From Eledone cirrhosa (Eukaryota): 64,000 nt of DNA. Shown here in pieces: positions 28,401 through 41,287 of the stretch (positions are counted from its first letter, which is position 1; every line of letters begins with the position of its first letter). The translations under genes were made by a program, and so were the position numbers. The notes under the pieces were generated by a model that saw only the letters and a list, made by a program, of their open reading frames with translations, made no database searches and had not been told where the DNA came from. The stretch covers positions 48,856,001-48,920,000 of the forward strand of contig OZ024743.1 in assembly GCA_964016885.1 (NCBI GenBank), read 5' to 3'.

Positions 28401-31400
28401 TAAGACGACAGTAGCTCTGTGTGTTGTGTTCAACATGACATTGTCCCCCAACTAAGACAACTATAGTTCTGTGTGTTGTGTTCAACATGGCATTGTCCCC
28501 TAACTAAGACAACAGTAGTTCTATGTGTTGTGTTCAACATGGCATTGTCCCCCAACGAAGACAACAATAGTTCTGTGTGTTGTGTTCAACATGACATTGT
28601 CCCCCAACTAAGACAACAGTAGTTCTGTGTGTTGTGTCAACATGGCATTGTCCCCAACTAAGACAACAGTAGTTCTATGTGTTGTGTTCAACATGGCATT
28701 GTCCCACATCTAAGACAACAGTAGTTCTAAGTGTTGTGTTCAACATGGCATTGTCCCCAACTAAGACAACAGTAGTTCTATGTGTTGTGTTCAACATGGC
28801 ATTGTCCCCCAACTAAGACAACAGTAGTTATGTGTGTTGTGTTCAACATGGCATTGTCCGCCAACTAAGACAACAGTAGTTCTATGTGTTGTGTTCAACA
28901 TGGCATTGTCCACAATTAAGACAACAGTAGTTCTATGTGTTGTGTTCAACATGGCATTGTCCCACAACTAAGACAACAGTAGCTCTGTGTGTTGTGTTCA
29001 ACATGGCATTGTCCCCCAACTAAGTCAACAGTAGCTCTGTCTGTTGTGTTCAACATGGCATTGTCCCCCAACTAAGACAACAGTAGGTCTGTGTGTTGTG
29101 TTCAACATGGCATTGTCCCCCAACTAAGACAACAGTAGTTCTATGTGTTGTGTTGAACATGGTATTGTCCCCCAACTAAGACAACAGTAGTTCTGTGTGT
29201 TGTGTTCAACATGGCATTGTCCCCAACTAAGACAACAGTAGCTCTGTGTGTTGTGTTCAACATGGCATTGTCCCCCAACTAAGAAAACAGTAGTTCTATG
29301 TGTTGTGTTCAACATTGCATTGTCCCCAACTAAGACAACAGTAGTTCTGTGTGTTGTGTTCAACATGTCATTGTCCCCCCAACTAAGACAACAGTAGTTC
29401 TATGTGTTGTGTTCAACATGGCATTGCCCCCAACTAAGACAACAGTAGTTCTATGTGTTGTGTTCAACATGGCATTGTCCCCCAACTAAGACAACAGTAG
29501 CTCTGTGTGTTGTGTTCAACATGGCATTGTCCCCAACTAAGACAACAGTAGTTCTGTGTGTTGTGTTCAACATGGCATTGTCCCCCAACTAAGACAACAG
29601 TAGTTCTGTGTGTTGTGTTCAACATGGCATTCTCCCCCGACTAAGACAACAGTAGCTCTGTATGTTGTGTTCAACATGGTATTGTCCCCAACTAAGACAA
29701 CAGAAGCTCTGTGTGTTGTGTTCAACATGGCATTGTCCCCCAACTAAGACAACTATAGTTCTATGTGTTATGTTCAACATGGCATTGTCCCCAACTAAGA
29801 CAACAGTAGTTCTGTGTGTTGTGTTCAACATGGCATTGTCCCCAACTAAAACAACAGTAGCTCTGTGTGTTGTGTTCAACATGGCATTGTCCCACAACTA
29901 AGACAACAGTAGCTCTGTGTGTTGTGTTCAACATGGCATTGTCCCACAACTAAGACAACAGTAGCTCTGTGTCGTGTTCAACATGGCATTGTCCCCCAAC
30001 TAAGACAACAGTAGCTCTGTGTGTTGTGTTCAACATGGCATTGTCCCCCAACTAAGACGACAGTAGCTCTGTGTGTTGTGTTCAACATGGCATTGTCCCC
30101 CAACTAAGACAACAGTAGCTCTGTGTATTGTTTTCAACATGGCATTGTCCCCCAACTAAGACAACAGTAGTTCTGTGTGTTGTGTTCAACATGGCATTGT
30201 CACCCAACTAAGACAACAGTAGTTCTGTGTGTTGTATTCAACATGGCATTGTGCCCCAACTAAGACAACAGCAGGTCTGGGTGTTGTGTCCAACATGGCA
30301 TAGTCCCACAACTAAGACAACAGTAGCTCTGTGTGTTGTGTTCAACATGGCATTGTCCCCCAAATTAGACAACAGTAGTTCTGTGTGTTGTGTTGAACAT
30401 GGCATTGTCCCCCAACTAAGACAACAGTAGCTCTGTGTGTTGTGTTCAACATGGCATTGTCCCCCAACTAAGACAACTATAGTTCTGTGTGTTGTGTTCA
30501 ACATGGCATTGTCCCCTAACTAAGACAACAGTAGTTCTATGTGTTGTGTTCAACATGGCATTGTCCCCCAACTAAGAAAACAGTAGTTCTATGTGTTGTG
30601 TTCAACATGACATTGTCCCCCAACTAAGACAACAGTAGTTCTGTGTGTTGTGTCAACATGGCATTGTCCCCCAACTAAGACAACAGTAGTTCTATGTGTT
30701 GTGTTCAACATGGCATTGTCCCCAACTAAGACAACAGTAGTTCTATGTGTTGTGTTCAACATGGCATTGTCCCCCAACTAAGACAACAGTAGTTCTGTGT
30801 GTTGTGTTCAACATGGCATTGTCCCCCAACTAAGACAACAGTAGCTCTGTGTGTTGTGTTGAACATGGCATTGTCCCCAACTAAGACAACAGTAGTTCTG
30901 TGTGTTGTGTTGAACATGGCATTGTCCCACAACTAAGACAACAGAAGCTCTGTGTGTTGTGTTCAACATGGCATTGTCCCCCAACTAAGACAACAGTAGC
31001 TCTGTGTGTTGTGTTCAACATGGCATTGTCCCCAACTAAGACAACAGTAGTTCTGTGTGTTGTGTTCAACATGGCATTGTCCCCCAACTAAGACAACAGT
31101 AGTTCTGTGTGTTGTGTTCAACATGGCATTGTCCCCCAACTAAGACAACAGTAGTTCTGTGTGTTGTGTTCAACATGGCATTGTCCCCCATCTAAGACAA
31201 CAGTAGTTCTGTGTGTTGTGTTCAACATGGCATTGTCCCCCAACTAAGACAACATTAGTTCTATGTGTTGTGTTCAACATGGCATTGTCCCCCAACTAAG
31301 ACAACAGTAGCTCTGTGTGTTGTGTTCAACATGGCATTGTCCCACAACTAAGACAACAGTAGCTCTGTGTGTTGTGTTCAACATGGCATTGTCCCACAAC

Positions 31401-32690
31401 TAAGACAACAGTAGTTCTGTGTGTTGTGTTCAACATGGCATTGTCCCCCAACTAAGACAACAGTAGTTCTATTTTTTGTGTTGAACATGGCATTGTCCCC
31501 CAACTAAGACAACAGTAGTTCTATGTGTTGTGTTCAACATGGCATTGTCCCACAACTAAGACAACTGTAGTTCTGTGTGTTTTGTTCAACATGGCATTGT
31601 CCCCCAACTAATACAACAGTAGCTCTGTGTGTTGTGTTGAACATGGCATTGTCCCCAACTAAGACAACAGTAGTTCTGTGTGTTGTGTTGAACATGGCAT
31701 TGTCCCCCAACTAAGACAACAGTAGGTCTGTGTGTTGTGTTCAACATGGCATTGTCCCCCAACTAAGACAACAGTAGTTCTATGTGTTGTGTTCAACATG
31801 GCATTGCCCCCAACTAAGACAACAGTAGTTCTATGTGTTGTGTTCAACATGGCATTGTCCCCCAACTAAGACAACAGTAGCTCTGTGTGTTGTGTTCAAC
31901 ATGGCATTCTCCCCCGACTAAGACAACAGTAGCTCTGTATGTTGTGTTCAACATGGTATTGTCCCCCAACTAAGACAACAGTAGCTCTGTGTGTTGTGTT
32001 CAACATGGCATTGTCCCCCAACTAAGACGACAGTAGCTCTGTGTGTTGTGTTCAACATGACATTGTCCCCCAACTAAGACAACTATAGTTCTGTGTGTTG
32101 TGTTCAACATGGCATTGTCCCCTAACTAAGACAACAGTAGTTCTATGTGTTGTGTTCAACATGGCATTGTCCCCCAACGAAGACAACAATAGTTCTGTGT
32201 GTTGTGTTCAACATGACATTGTCCCCCAACTAAGACAACAGTAGTTCTGTGTGTTGTGTCAACATGGCATTGTCCCCAACTAAGACAACAGTAGTTCTAT
32301 GTGTTGTGTTCAACATGGCATTGTCCCACATCTAAGACAACAGTAGTTCTAAGTGTTGTGTTCAACATGGCATTGTCCCCAACTAAGACAACAGTAGTTC
32401 TATGTGTTGTGTTCAACATGGCATTGTCCCCCAACTAAGACAACAGTAGTTATGTGTGTTGTGTTCAACATGGCATTGTCCGCCAACTAAGACAACAGTA
32501 GTTCTATGTGTTGTGTTCAACATGGCATTGTCCACAATTAAGACAACAGTAGTTCTATGTGTTGTGTTCAACATGGCATTGTCCCACAACTAAGACAACA
32601 GTAGCTCTGTGTGTTGTGTTCAACATGGCATTGTCCCCCAACTAAGTCAACAGTAGCTCTGTCTGTTGTGTTCAACATGGCATTGTCCCC
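25447..32690. repeat. Tandem higher-order duplication, period 3622 bp (about 70 monomers): about 25447-29068 and 29069-32690
   Basis: ORF pairs recur at +3622 (25502/29124, 25997/29619, 26605/30227, 27259/30881, 28037/31659). Markers match: GTAGGTCT 25461/29083 and TAAGTCAAC 29021/32643. Confidence 0.92.
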
Positions 32691-35600
32691 CAACTAAGAC
32701 AACAGTAGTTCTGTGTGTTGTGTTCAACATGGCATTGTCCCCAACTAAGACAACAGTAGTTCTATGTGTTGTGTTCAACATGGCATTGTCCCCCAACTAA
32801 GACAACAGTAGCTCTGTGTGTTGTGTTCAACATGGCATTGTCCGCCAACTAAGACAACAGTAGCTCTGTGTGTTGTGTTCAACATGGCATTGTCCCCCAA
32901 CTAAGACAACAGTAGTTCTATGTGTTGTGTTGAACATGGTATTGTCCCCAACTAAGACAACAGTAGTTCTGTGTGTTGTGTTCAACATGGCATTGTCCCC
33001 AACTAAGACAACAGTGGTTCTGTGTGTTGTGTTCAACATGGCATTGTCCCCCAACTAAGACAACAGTAGTTCTATTTTTTGTGTTGAACATGGCATTGTC
33101 CCCCAACTAAGACAACAGTAGTTCTATGTGTTGTGTTCAACATGGCATTGTCCCACAACTAAGACAACTGTAGTTCTGTGTGTTTTGTTCAACATGGCAT
33201 TGTCCCCCAACTAATACAACAGTAGCTCTGTGTGTTGTGTTGAACATGGCATTGTCCCCAACTAAGACAACAGTAGTTCTGTGTGTTGTGTTGAACATGG
33301 CATTGTCCCCCAACTAAGACAACAGTAGCTCTGTGTGTTGTGTTCAACATGGCATTGTCCCCCAACTAAGACAACAGTAGCTCTGTGTGTTGTGTTCAAC
33401 ATGGCATTGTCCCCAACTAAGACAACAGTAGTTCTGTGTGTTGTGTTCAACATGGCATTGTCCCCCAACTAAGACAACAGTAGTTCTGTGTGTTGTGTTC
33501 AACATGGCATTGTCCCCCAACTAAGACAACAGTAGTTCTGTGTGTTGTGTTCAACATGGCATTGTCCCCCAACTAAGACAACAGTAGTTCTATTTTTTGT
33601 GTTCAACATGGCATTGTCCCCCAACTAAGACAACAGTAGTTCTATGTGTTGTGTTCAGCATGGCATTGACCCCAACTAAGACAACAGTAGTTCTATGTGT
33701 TGCGTTCAACATGGCATTGTCCCCCAACTAAGACAACAGTAGCTCTGTGTGTTGTGTTCAACATGGCATTGTCCGCCAACTAAGACAACAGTAGGTCTGT
33801 GTGTTGTGTTCAACATGGCATTGTCCCCCGACTAAGACAACAGTAGTTCTATGTGTTGTGTTCAACATGGCATTGCCCCCAACTAAGACAACAGTAGTTC
33901 TATGTGTTGTGTTCAACATGGCATTGTCCCCCAACTAAGACAACAGTAGCTCTGTGTGTTGTGTTCAACATGGCATTGTCCCCAACTAAGACAACAGTAG
34001 CTCTGTGTGTTGTGTTCAACATGGCATTGTCCCCCAACTAAGAAAACAGTAGTTCTATGTGTTGTGTTCAACATTGCATTGTCCCCAACTAAGACAACAG
34101 TAGTTCTGTGTGTTGTGTTCAACATGTCATTGTCCCCCCAACTAAGACAACAGTAGTTCTATGTGTTGTGTTCAACATGGCATTGCCCCCAACTAAGACA
34201 ACAGTAGTTCTATGTGTTGTGTTCAACATGGCATTGTCCCCCAACTAAGACAACAGTAGCTCTGTGTGTTGTGTTCAACATGGCATTGTCCCCAACTAAG
34301 ACAACAGTAGTTCTGTGTGTTGTGTTCAACATGGCATTGTCCCCCAACTAAGACAACAGTAGTTCTGTGTGTTGTGTTCAACATGGCATTCTCCCCCGAC
34401 TAAGACAACAGTAGCTCTGTATGTTGTGTTCAACATGGTATTGTCCCCAACTAAGACAACAGAAGCTCTGTGTGTTGTGTTCAACATGGCATTGTCCCCC
34501 AACTAAGACAACTATAGTTCTATGTGTTATGTTCAACATGGCATTGTCCCCAACTAAGACAACAGTAGTTCTGTGTGTTGTGTTCAACATGGCATTGTCC
34601 CCAACTAAAACAACAGTAGCTCTGTGTGTTGTGTTCAACATGGCATTGTCCCACAACTAAGACAACAGTAGCTCTGTGTGTTGTGTTCAACATGGCATTG
34701 TCCCACAACTAAGACAACAGTAGCTCTGTGTCGTGTTCAACATGGCATTGTCCCCCAACTAAGACAACAGTAGCTCTGTGTGTTGTGTTCAACATGGCAT
34801 TGTCCCCCAACTAAGACGACAGTAGCTCTGTGTGTTGTGTTCAACATGGCATTGTCCCCCAACTAAGACAACAGTAGCTCTGTGTATTGTTTTCAACATG
34901 GCATTGTCCCCCAACTAAGACAACAGTAGTTCTGTGTGTTGTGTTCAACATGGCATTGTCACCCAACTAAGACAACAGTAGTTCTGTGTGTTGTATTCAA
35001 CATGGCATTGTGCCCCAACTAAGACAACAGTAGGTCTGGGTGTTGTGTCCAACATGGCATAGTCCCACAACTAAGACAACAGTAGCTCTGTGTGTTGTGT
35101 TCAACATGGCATTGTCCCCCAAATTAGACAACAGTAGTTCTGTGTGTTGTGTTGAACATGGCATTGTCCCCAACTAAGACAACAGTAGCTCTGTGTGTTG
35201 TGTTCAACATGGCATTGTCCCCCAACTAAGACAACTATAGTTCTGTGTGTTGTGTTCAACATGGCATTGTCCCCTAACTAAGACAACAGTAGTTCTATGT
35301 GTTGTGTTCAACATGGCATTGTCCCCCAACGAAGACAACAATAGTTCTGTGTGTTGTGTTCAACATGACATTGTCCCCCAACTAAGACAACAGTAGTTCT
35401 GTGTGTTGTGTTCAACATGGCATTGCCCCCAACTAAGACAACAGTAGTTCTATGTGTTGTGTTCAACATGGCATTGTCCCACAACTAAGACAACAGTAGC
35501 TCTGTGTGTTGTGTTCAACATGGCTTTGTCCCCCAACTAAGACAACAGTAGTTCTATGTGTTATGTTCAACATGGCATTGTCCCCCAACTAAGACAACAG

Positions 35601-35779
35601 TAGCTCTGTGTGTTGTGTTCAACATGGCATTGTCCCCCAACTAAGACAACAGTAGTTCTATGTGTTGTGTTCAACATGGCATTGTCCCCAACTAAGACAA
35701 CAGTAGTTCTATGTGTTGTGTTCAACATGGCATTGTCCCCCAACTAAGACAACAGTAGCTCTGTGTGTTGTGTTGAACA

Positions 35780-38700
35780 TGGCATTGTCCCCAACTAAGA
35801 CAACAGTAGTTATGTGTGTTGTGTTCAACATGGCATTGTCCGCCAACTAAGACAACAGTAGTTCTATGTGTTGTGTTCAACATGGCATTGTCCACAATTA
35901 AGACAACAGTAGTTCTATGTGTTGTGTTCAACATGGCATTGTCCCACAACTAAGACAACAGTAGCTCTGTGTGTTGTGTTCAACATGGCATTGTCCCCCA
36001 ACTAAGTCAACAGTAGCTCTGTCTGTTGTGTTCAACATGGCATTGTCCCCCAACTAAGACAACAGTAGTTCTGTGTGTTGTGTTCAACATGGCATTGTCC
36101 CCAACTAAGACAACAGTAGTTCTATGTGTTGTGTTCAACATGGCATTGTCCCCCAACTAAGACAACAGTAGCTCTGTGTGTTGTGTTCAACATGGCATTG
36201 TCCGCCAACTAAGACAACAGTAGCTCTGTGTGTTGTGTTCAACATGGCATTGTCCCCCAACTAAGACAACAGTAGTTCTATGTGTTGTGTTGAACATGGT
36301 ATTGTCCCCAACTAAGACAACAGTAGTTCTGTGTGTTGTGTTCAACATGGCATTGTCCCCCCAACTAAGACAACAGTAGTTCTATGTGTTGTGTTCAACA
36401 TGGCATTGCCCCCAACTAAGACAACAGTAGTTCTATGTGTTGTGTTCAACATGGCATTGTCCCACAACTAAGACAACAGTAGCTCTGTGTGTTGTGTTCA
36501 ACATGGCTTTGTCCCCCAACTAAGACAACAGTAGTTCTATGTGTTATGTTCAACATGGCATTGTCCCCCAACTAAGACAACAGTAGCTCTGTGTGTTGTG
36601 TTCAACATGGCATTGTCCCCCAACTAAGACAACAGTAGTTCTATGTGTTGTGTTCAACATGGCATTGTCCCCAACTAAGACAACAGTAGTTCTATGTGTT
36701 GTGTTCAACATGGCATTGTCCCCCAACTAAGACAACAGTAGTTCTGTGTGTTGTGTTCAACATGGCATTGTCCCCCAACTAAGACAACAGTAGCTCTGTG
36801 TGTTGTGTTGAACATGGCATTGTCCCCAACTAAGACAACAGTAGTTATGTGTGTTGTGTTCAACATGGCATTGTCCGCCAACTAAGACAACAGTAGTTCT
36901 ATGTGTTGTGTTCAACATGGCATTGTCCACAATTAAGACAACAGTAGTTCTATGTGTTGTGTTCAACATGGCATTGTCCCACAACTAAGACAACAGTAGC
37001 TCTGTGTGTTGTGTTCAACATGGCATTGTCCCCCAACTAAGTCAACAGTAGCTCTGTCTGTTGTGTTCAACATGGCATTGTCCCCCAACTAAGACAACAG
37101 TAGTTCTGTGTGTTGTGTTCAACATGGCATTGTCCCCAACTAAGACAACAGTAGTTCTATGTGTTGTGTTCAACATGGCATTGTCCCCCAACTAAGACAA
37201 CAGTAGCTCTGTGTGTTGTGTTCAACATGGCATTGTCCGCCAACTAAGACAACAGTAGCTCTGTGTGTTGTGTTCAACATGGCATTGTCCCCCAACTAAG
37301 ACAACAGTAGTTCTATGTGTTGTGTTGAACATGGTATTGTCCCCAACTAAGACAACAGTAGTTCTGTGTGTTGTGTTCAACATGGCATTGTCCCCAACTA
37401 AGACAACAGTAGCTCTGTGTGTTGTGTTCAACATGGCATTGTCCCCCAACTAAGAAAACAGTAGTTCTATGTGTTGTGTTCAACATTGCATTGTCCCCAA
37501 CTAAGACAACAGTAGTTCTGTGTGTTGTGTTCAACATGGCATTGTCCCCCCAACTAAGACAACAGTAGTTCTATGTGTTGTGTTCAACATGGCATTGCCC
37601 CCAACTAAGACAACAGTAGTTCTATGTGTTGTGTTCAACATGGCATTGTCCCACAACTAAGACAACAGTAGCTCTGTGTGTTGTGTTCAACATGGCTTTG
37701 TCCCCCAACTAAGACAACAGTAGTTCTATGTGTTATGTTCAACATGGCATTGTCCCCCAACTAAGACAACAGTAGCTCTGTGTGTTGTGTTCAACATGGC
37801 ATTGTCCCCCAACTAAGACAACAGTAGTTCTATGTGTTGTGTTCAACATGGCATTGTCCCCAACTAAGACAACAGTAGTTCTATGTGTTGTGTTCAACAT
37901 GGCATTGTCCCCCAACTAAGACAACAGTAGTTCTGTGTGTTGTGTTCAACATGGCATTGTCCCCCAACTAAGACAACAGTAGCTCTGTGTGTTGTGTTGA
38001 ACATGGCATTGTCCCCAACTAAGACAACAGTAGTTCTGTGTGTTGTGTTGAACATGGCATTGTCCCACAACTAAGACAACAGAAGCTCTGTGTGTTGTGT
38101 TCAACATGGCATTGTCCCCCAACTAAGACAACAGTAGCTCTGTGTGTTGTGTTCAACATGGCATTGTCCCCAACTAAGACAACAGTAGTTCTGTGTGTTG
38201 TGTTCAACATGGCATTGTCCCCCAACTAAGACAACAGTAGTTCTGTGTGTTGTGTTCAACATGGCATTGTCCCCCAACTAAGACAACAGTAGTTCTGTGT
38301 GTTGTGTTCAACATGGCATTGTCCCCCATCTAAGACAACAGTAGTTCTGTGTGTTGTGTTCAACATGGCATTGTCCCCCAACTAAGACAACATTAGTTCT
38401 ATGTGTTGTGTTCAACATGGCATTGTCCCCCAACTAAGACAACAGTAGCTCTGTGTGTTGTGTTCAACATGGCACTGTCCCACAACTAAGACAACAGTAG
38501 CTCTGTGTGTTTTGTTCAACATGGCATTGTCCTCCAACTAATACAACAGTAGCTCTGTGTGTTGTGTTGAACATGGCATTGTCCCCAACTAAGACAACAG
38601 TAGTTCTGTGTGTTGTGTTGAACATGGCATTGTCCCCCAACTAAGACAACAGTAGCTCTGTGTGTTGTGTTCAACATGGCATTGTCCCCAACTAAGACAA

Positions 38701-41287
38701 CAGTAGTTATGTGTGTTGTGTTCAACATGGCATTGTCCGCCAACTAAGACAACAGTAGTTCTATGTGTTGTGTTCAACATGGCATTGTCCACAATTAAGA
38801 CAACAGTAGTTCTATGTGTTGTGTTCAACATGGCATTGTCCCACAACTAAGACAACAGTAGCTCTGTGTGTTGTGTTCAACATGGCATTGTCCCCCAACT
38901 AAGTCAACAGTAGCTCTGTCTGTTGTGTTCAACATGGCATTGTCCCCCAACTAAGACAACAGTAGTTCTGTGTGTTGTGTTCAACATGGCATTGTCCCCA
39001 ACTAAGACAACAGTAGTTCTATGTGTTGTGTTCAACATGGCATTGTCCCCCAACTAAGACAACAGTAGCTCTGTGTGTTGTGTTCAACATGGCATTGTCC
39101 GCCAACTAAGACAACAGTAGCTCTGTGTGTTGTGTTCAACATGGCATTGTCCCCCAACTAAGACAACAGTAGTTCTATGTGTTGTGTTGAACATGGTATT
39201 GTCCCCAACTAAGACAACAGTAGTTCTGTGTGTTGTGTTCAACATGGCATTGTCCCCCCAACTAAGACAACAGTAGTTCTATGTGTTGTGTTCAACATGG
39301 CATTGCCCCCAACTAAGACAACAGTAGTTCTATGTGTTGTGTTCAACATGGCATTGTCCCACAACTAAGACAACAGTAGCTCTGTGTGTTGTGTTCAACA
39401 TGGCTTTGTCCCCCAACTAAGACAACAGTAGTTCTATGTGTTATGTTCAACATGGCATTGTCCCCCAACTAAGACAACAGTAGCTCTGTGTGTTGTGTTC
39501 AACATGGCATTGTCCCCCAACTAAGACAACAGTAGTTCTATGTGTTGTGTTCAACATGGCATTGTCCCCAACTAAGACAACAGTAGTTCTATGTGTTGTG
39601 TTCAACATGGCATTGTCCCCCAACTAAGACAACAGTAGTTCTGTGTGTTGTGTTCAACATGGCATTGTCCCCCAACTAAGACAACAGTAGCTCTGTGTGT
39701 TGTGTTGAACATGGCATTGTCCCCAACTAAGACAACAGTAGTTATGTGTGTTGTGTTCAACATGGCATTGTCCGCCAACTAAGACAACAGTAGTTCTATG
39801 TGTTGTGTTCAACATGGCATTGTCCACAATTAAGACAACAGTAGTTCTATGTGTTGTGTTCAACATGGCATTGTCCCACAACTAAGACAACAGTAGCTCT
39901 GTGTGTTGTGTTCAACATGGCATTGTCCCCCAACTAAGTCAACAGTAGCTCTGTCTGTTGTGTTCAACATGGCATTGTCCCCCAACTAAGACAACAGTAG
40001 TTCTGTGTGTTGTGTTCAACATGGCATTGTCCCCAACTAAGACAACAGTAGTTCTATGTGTTGTGTTCAACATGGCATTGTCCCCCAACTAAGACAACAG
40101 TAGCTCTGTGTGTTGTGTTCAACATGGCATTGTCCGCCAACTAAGACAACAGTAGCTCTGTGTGTTGTGTTCAACATGGCATTGTCCCCCAACTAAGACA
40201 ACAGTAGTTCTATGTGTTGTGTTGAACATGGTATTGTCCCCAACTAAGACAACAGTAGTTCTGTGTGTTGTGTTCAACATGGCATTGTCCCCAACTAAGA
40301 CAACAGTAGCTCTGTGTGTTGTGTTCAACATGGCATTGTCCCCCAACTAAGAAAACAGTAGTTCTATGTGTTGTGTTCAACATTGCATTGTCCCCAACTA
40401 AGACAACAGTAGTTCTGTGTGTTGTGTTCAACATGGCATTGTCCCCCCAACTAAGACAACAGTAGTTCTATGTGTTGTGTTCAACATGGCATTGCCCCCA
40501 ACTAAGACAACAGTAGTTCTATGTGTTGTGTTCAACATGGCATTGTCCCACAACTAAGACAACAGTAGCTCTGTGTGTTGTGTTCAACATGGCTTTGTCC
40601 CCCAACTAAGACAACAGTAGTTCTATGTGTTATGTTCAACATGGCATTGTCCCCCAACTAAGACAACAGTAGCTCTGTGTGTTGTGTTCAACATGGCATT
40701 GTCCCCCAACTAAGACAACAGTAGTTCTATGTGTTGTGTTCAACATGGCATTGTCCCCAACTAAGACAACAGTAGTTCTATGTGTTGTGTTCAACATGGC
40801 ATTGTCCCCCAACTAAGACAACAGTAGTTCTGTGTGTTGTGTTCAACATGGCATTGTCCCCCAACTAAGACAACAGTAGCTCTGTGTGTTGTGTTGAACA
40901 TGGCATTGTCCCCAACTAAGACAACAGTAGTTCTGTGTGTTGTGTTGAACATGGCATTGTCCCACAACTAAGACAACAGAAGCTCTGTGTGTTGTGTTCA
41001 ACATGGCATTGTCCCCCAACTAAGACAACAGTAGCTCTGTGTGTTGTGTTCAACATGGCATTGTCCCCAACTAAGACAACAGTAGTTCTGTGTGTTGTGT
41101 TCAACATGGCATTGTCCCCCAACTAAGACAACAGTAGTTCTGTGTGTTGTGTTCAACATGGCATTGTCCCCCAACTAAGACAACAGTAGTTCTGTGTGTT
41201 GTGTTCAACATGGCATTGTCCCCCATCTAAGACAACAGTAGTTCTGTGTGTTGTGTTCAACATGGCATTGTCCCCCAACTAAGACAA
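35780..41287. repeat. Higher-order duplication, offset 2897 bp (about 35780-38390 and 38677-41287), each copy containing an internal 1035-bp (20-monomer) duplication
   Basis: ORF pairs 36757/39654, 37222/40119 and 38019/40916 recur at +2897, and 35722/36757 at +1035. The marker AAGTCAACAGTAGCTCTGTCTG occurs at 36004, 37039, 38901 and 39936. Confidence 0.88.
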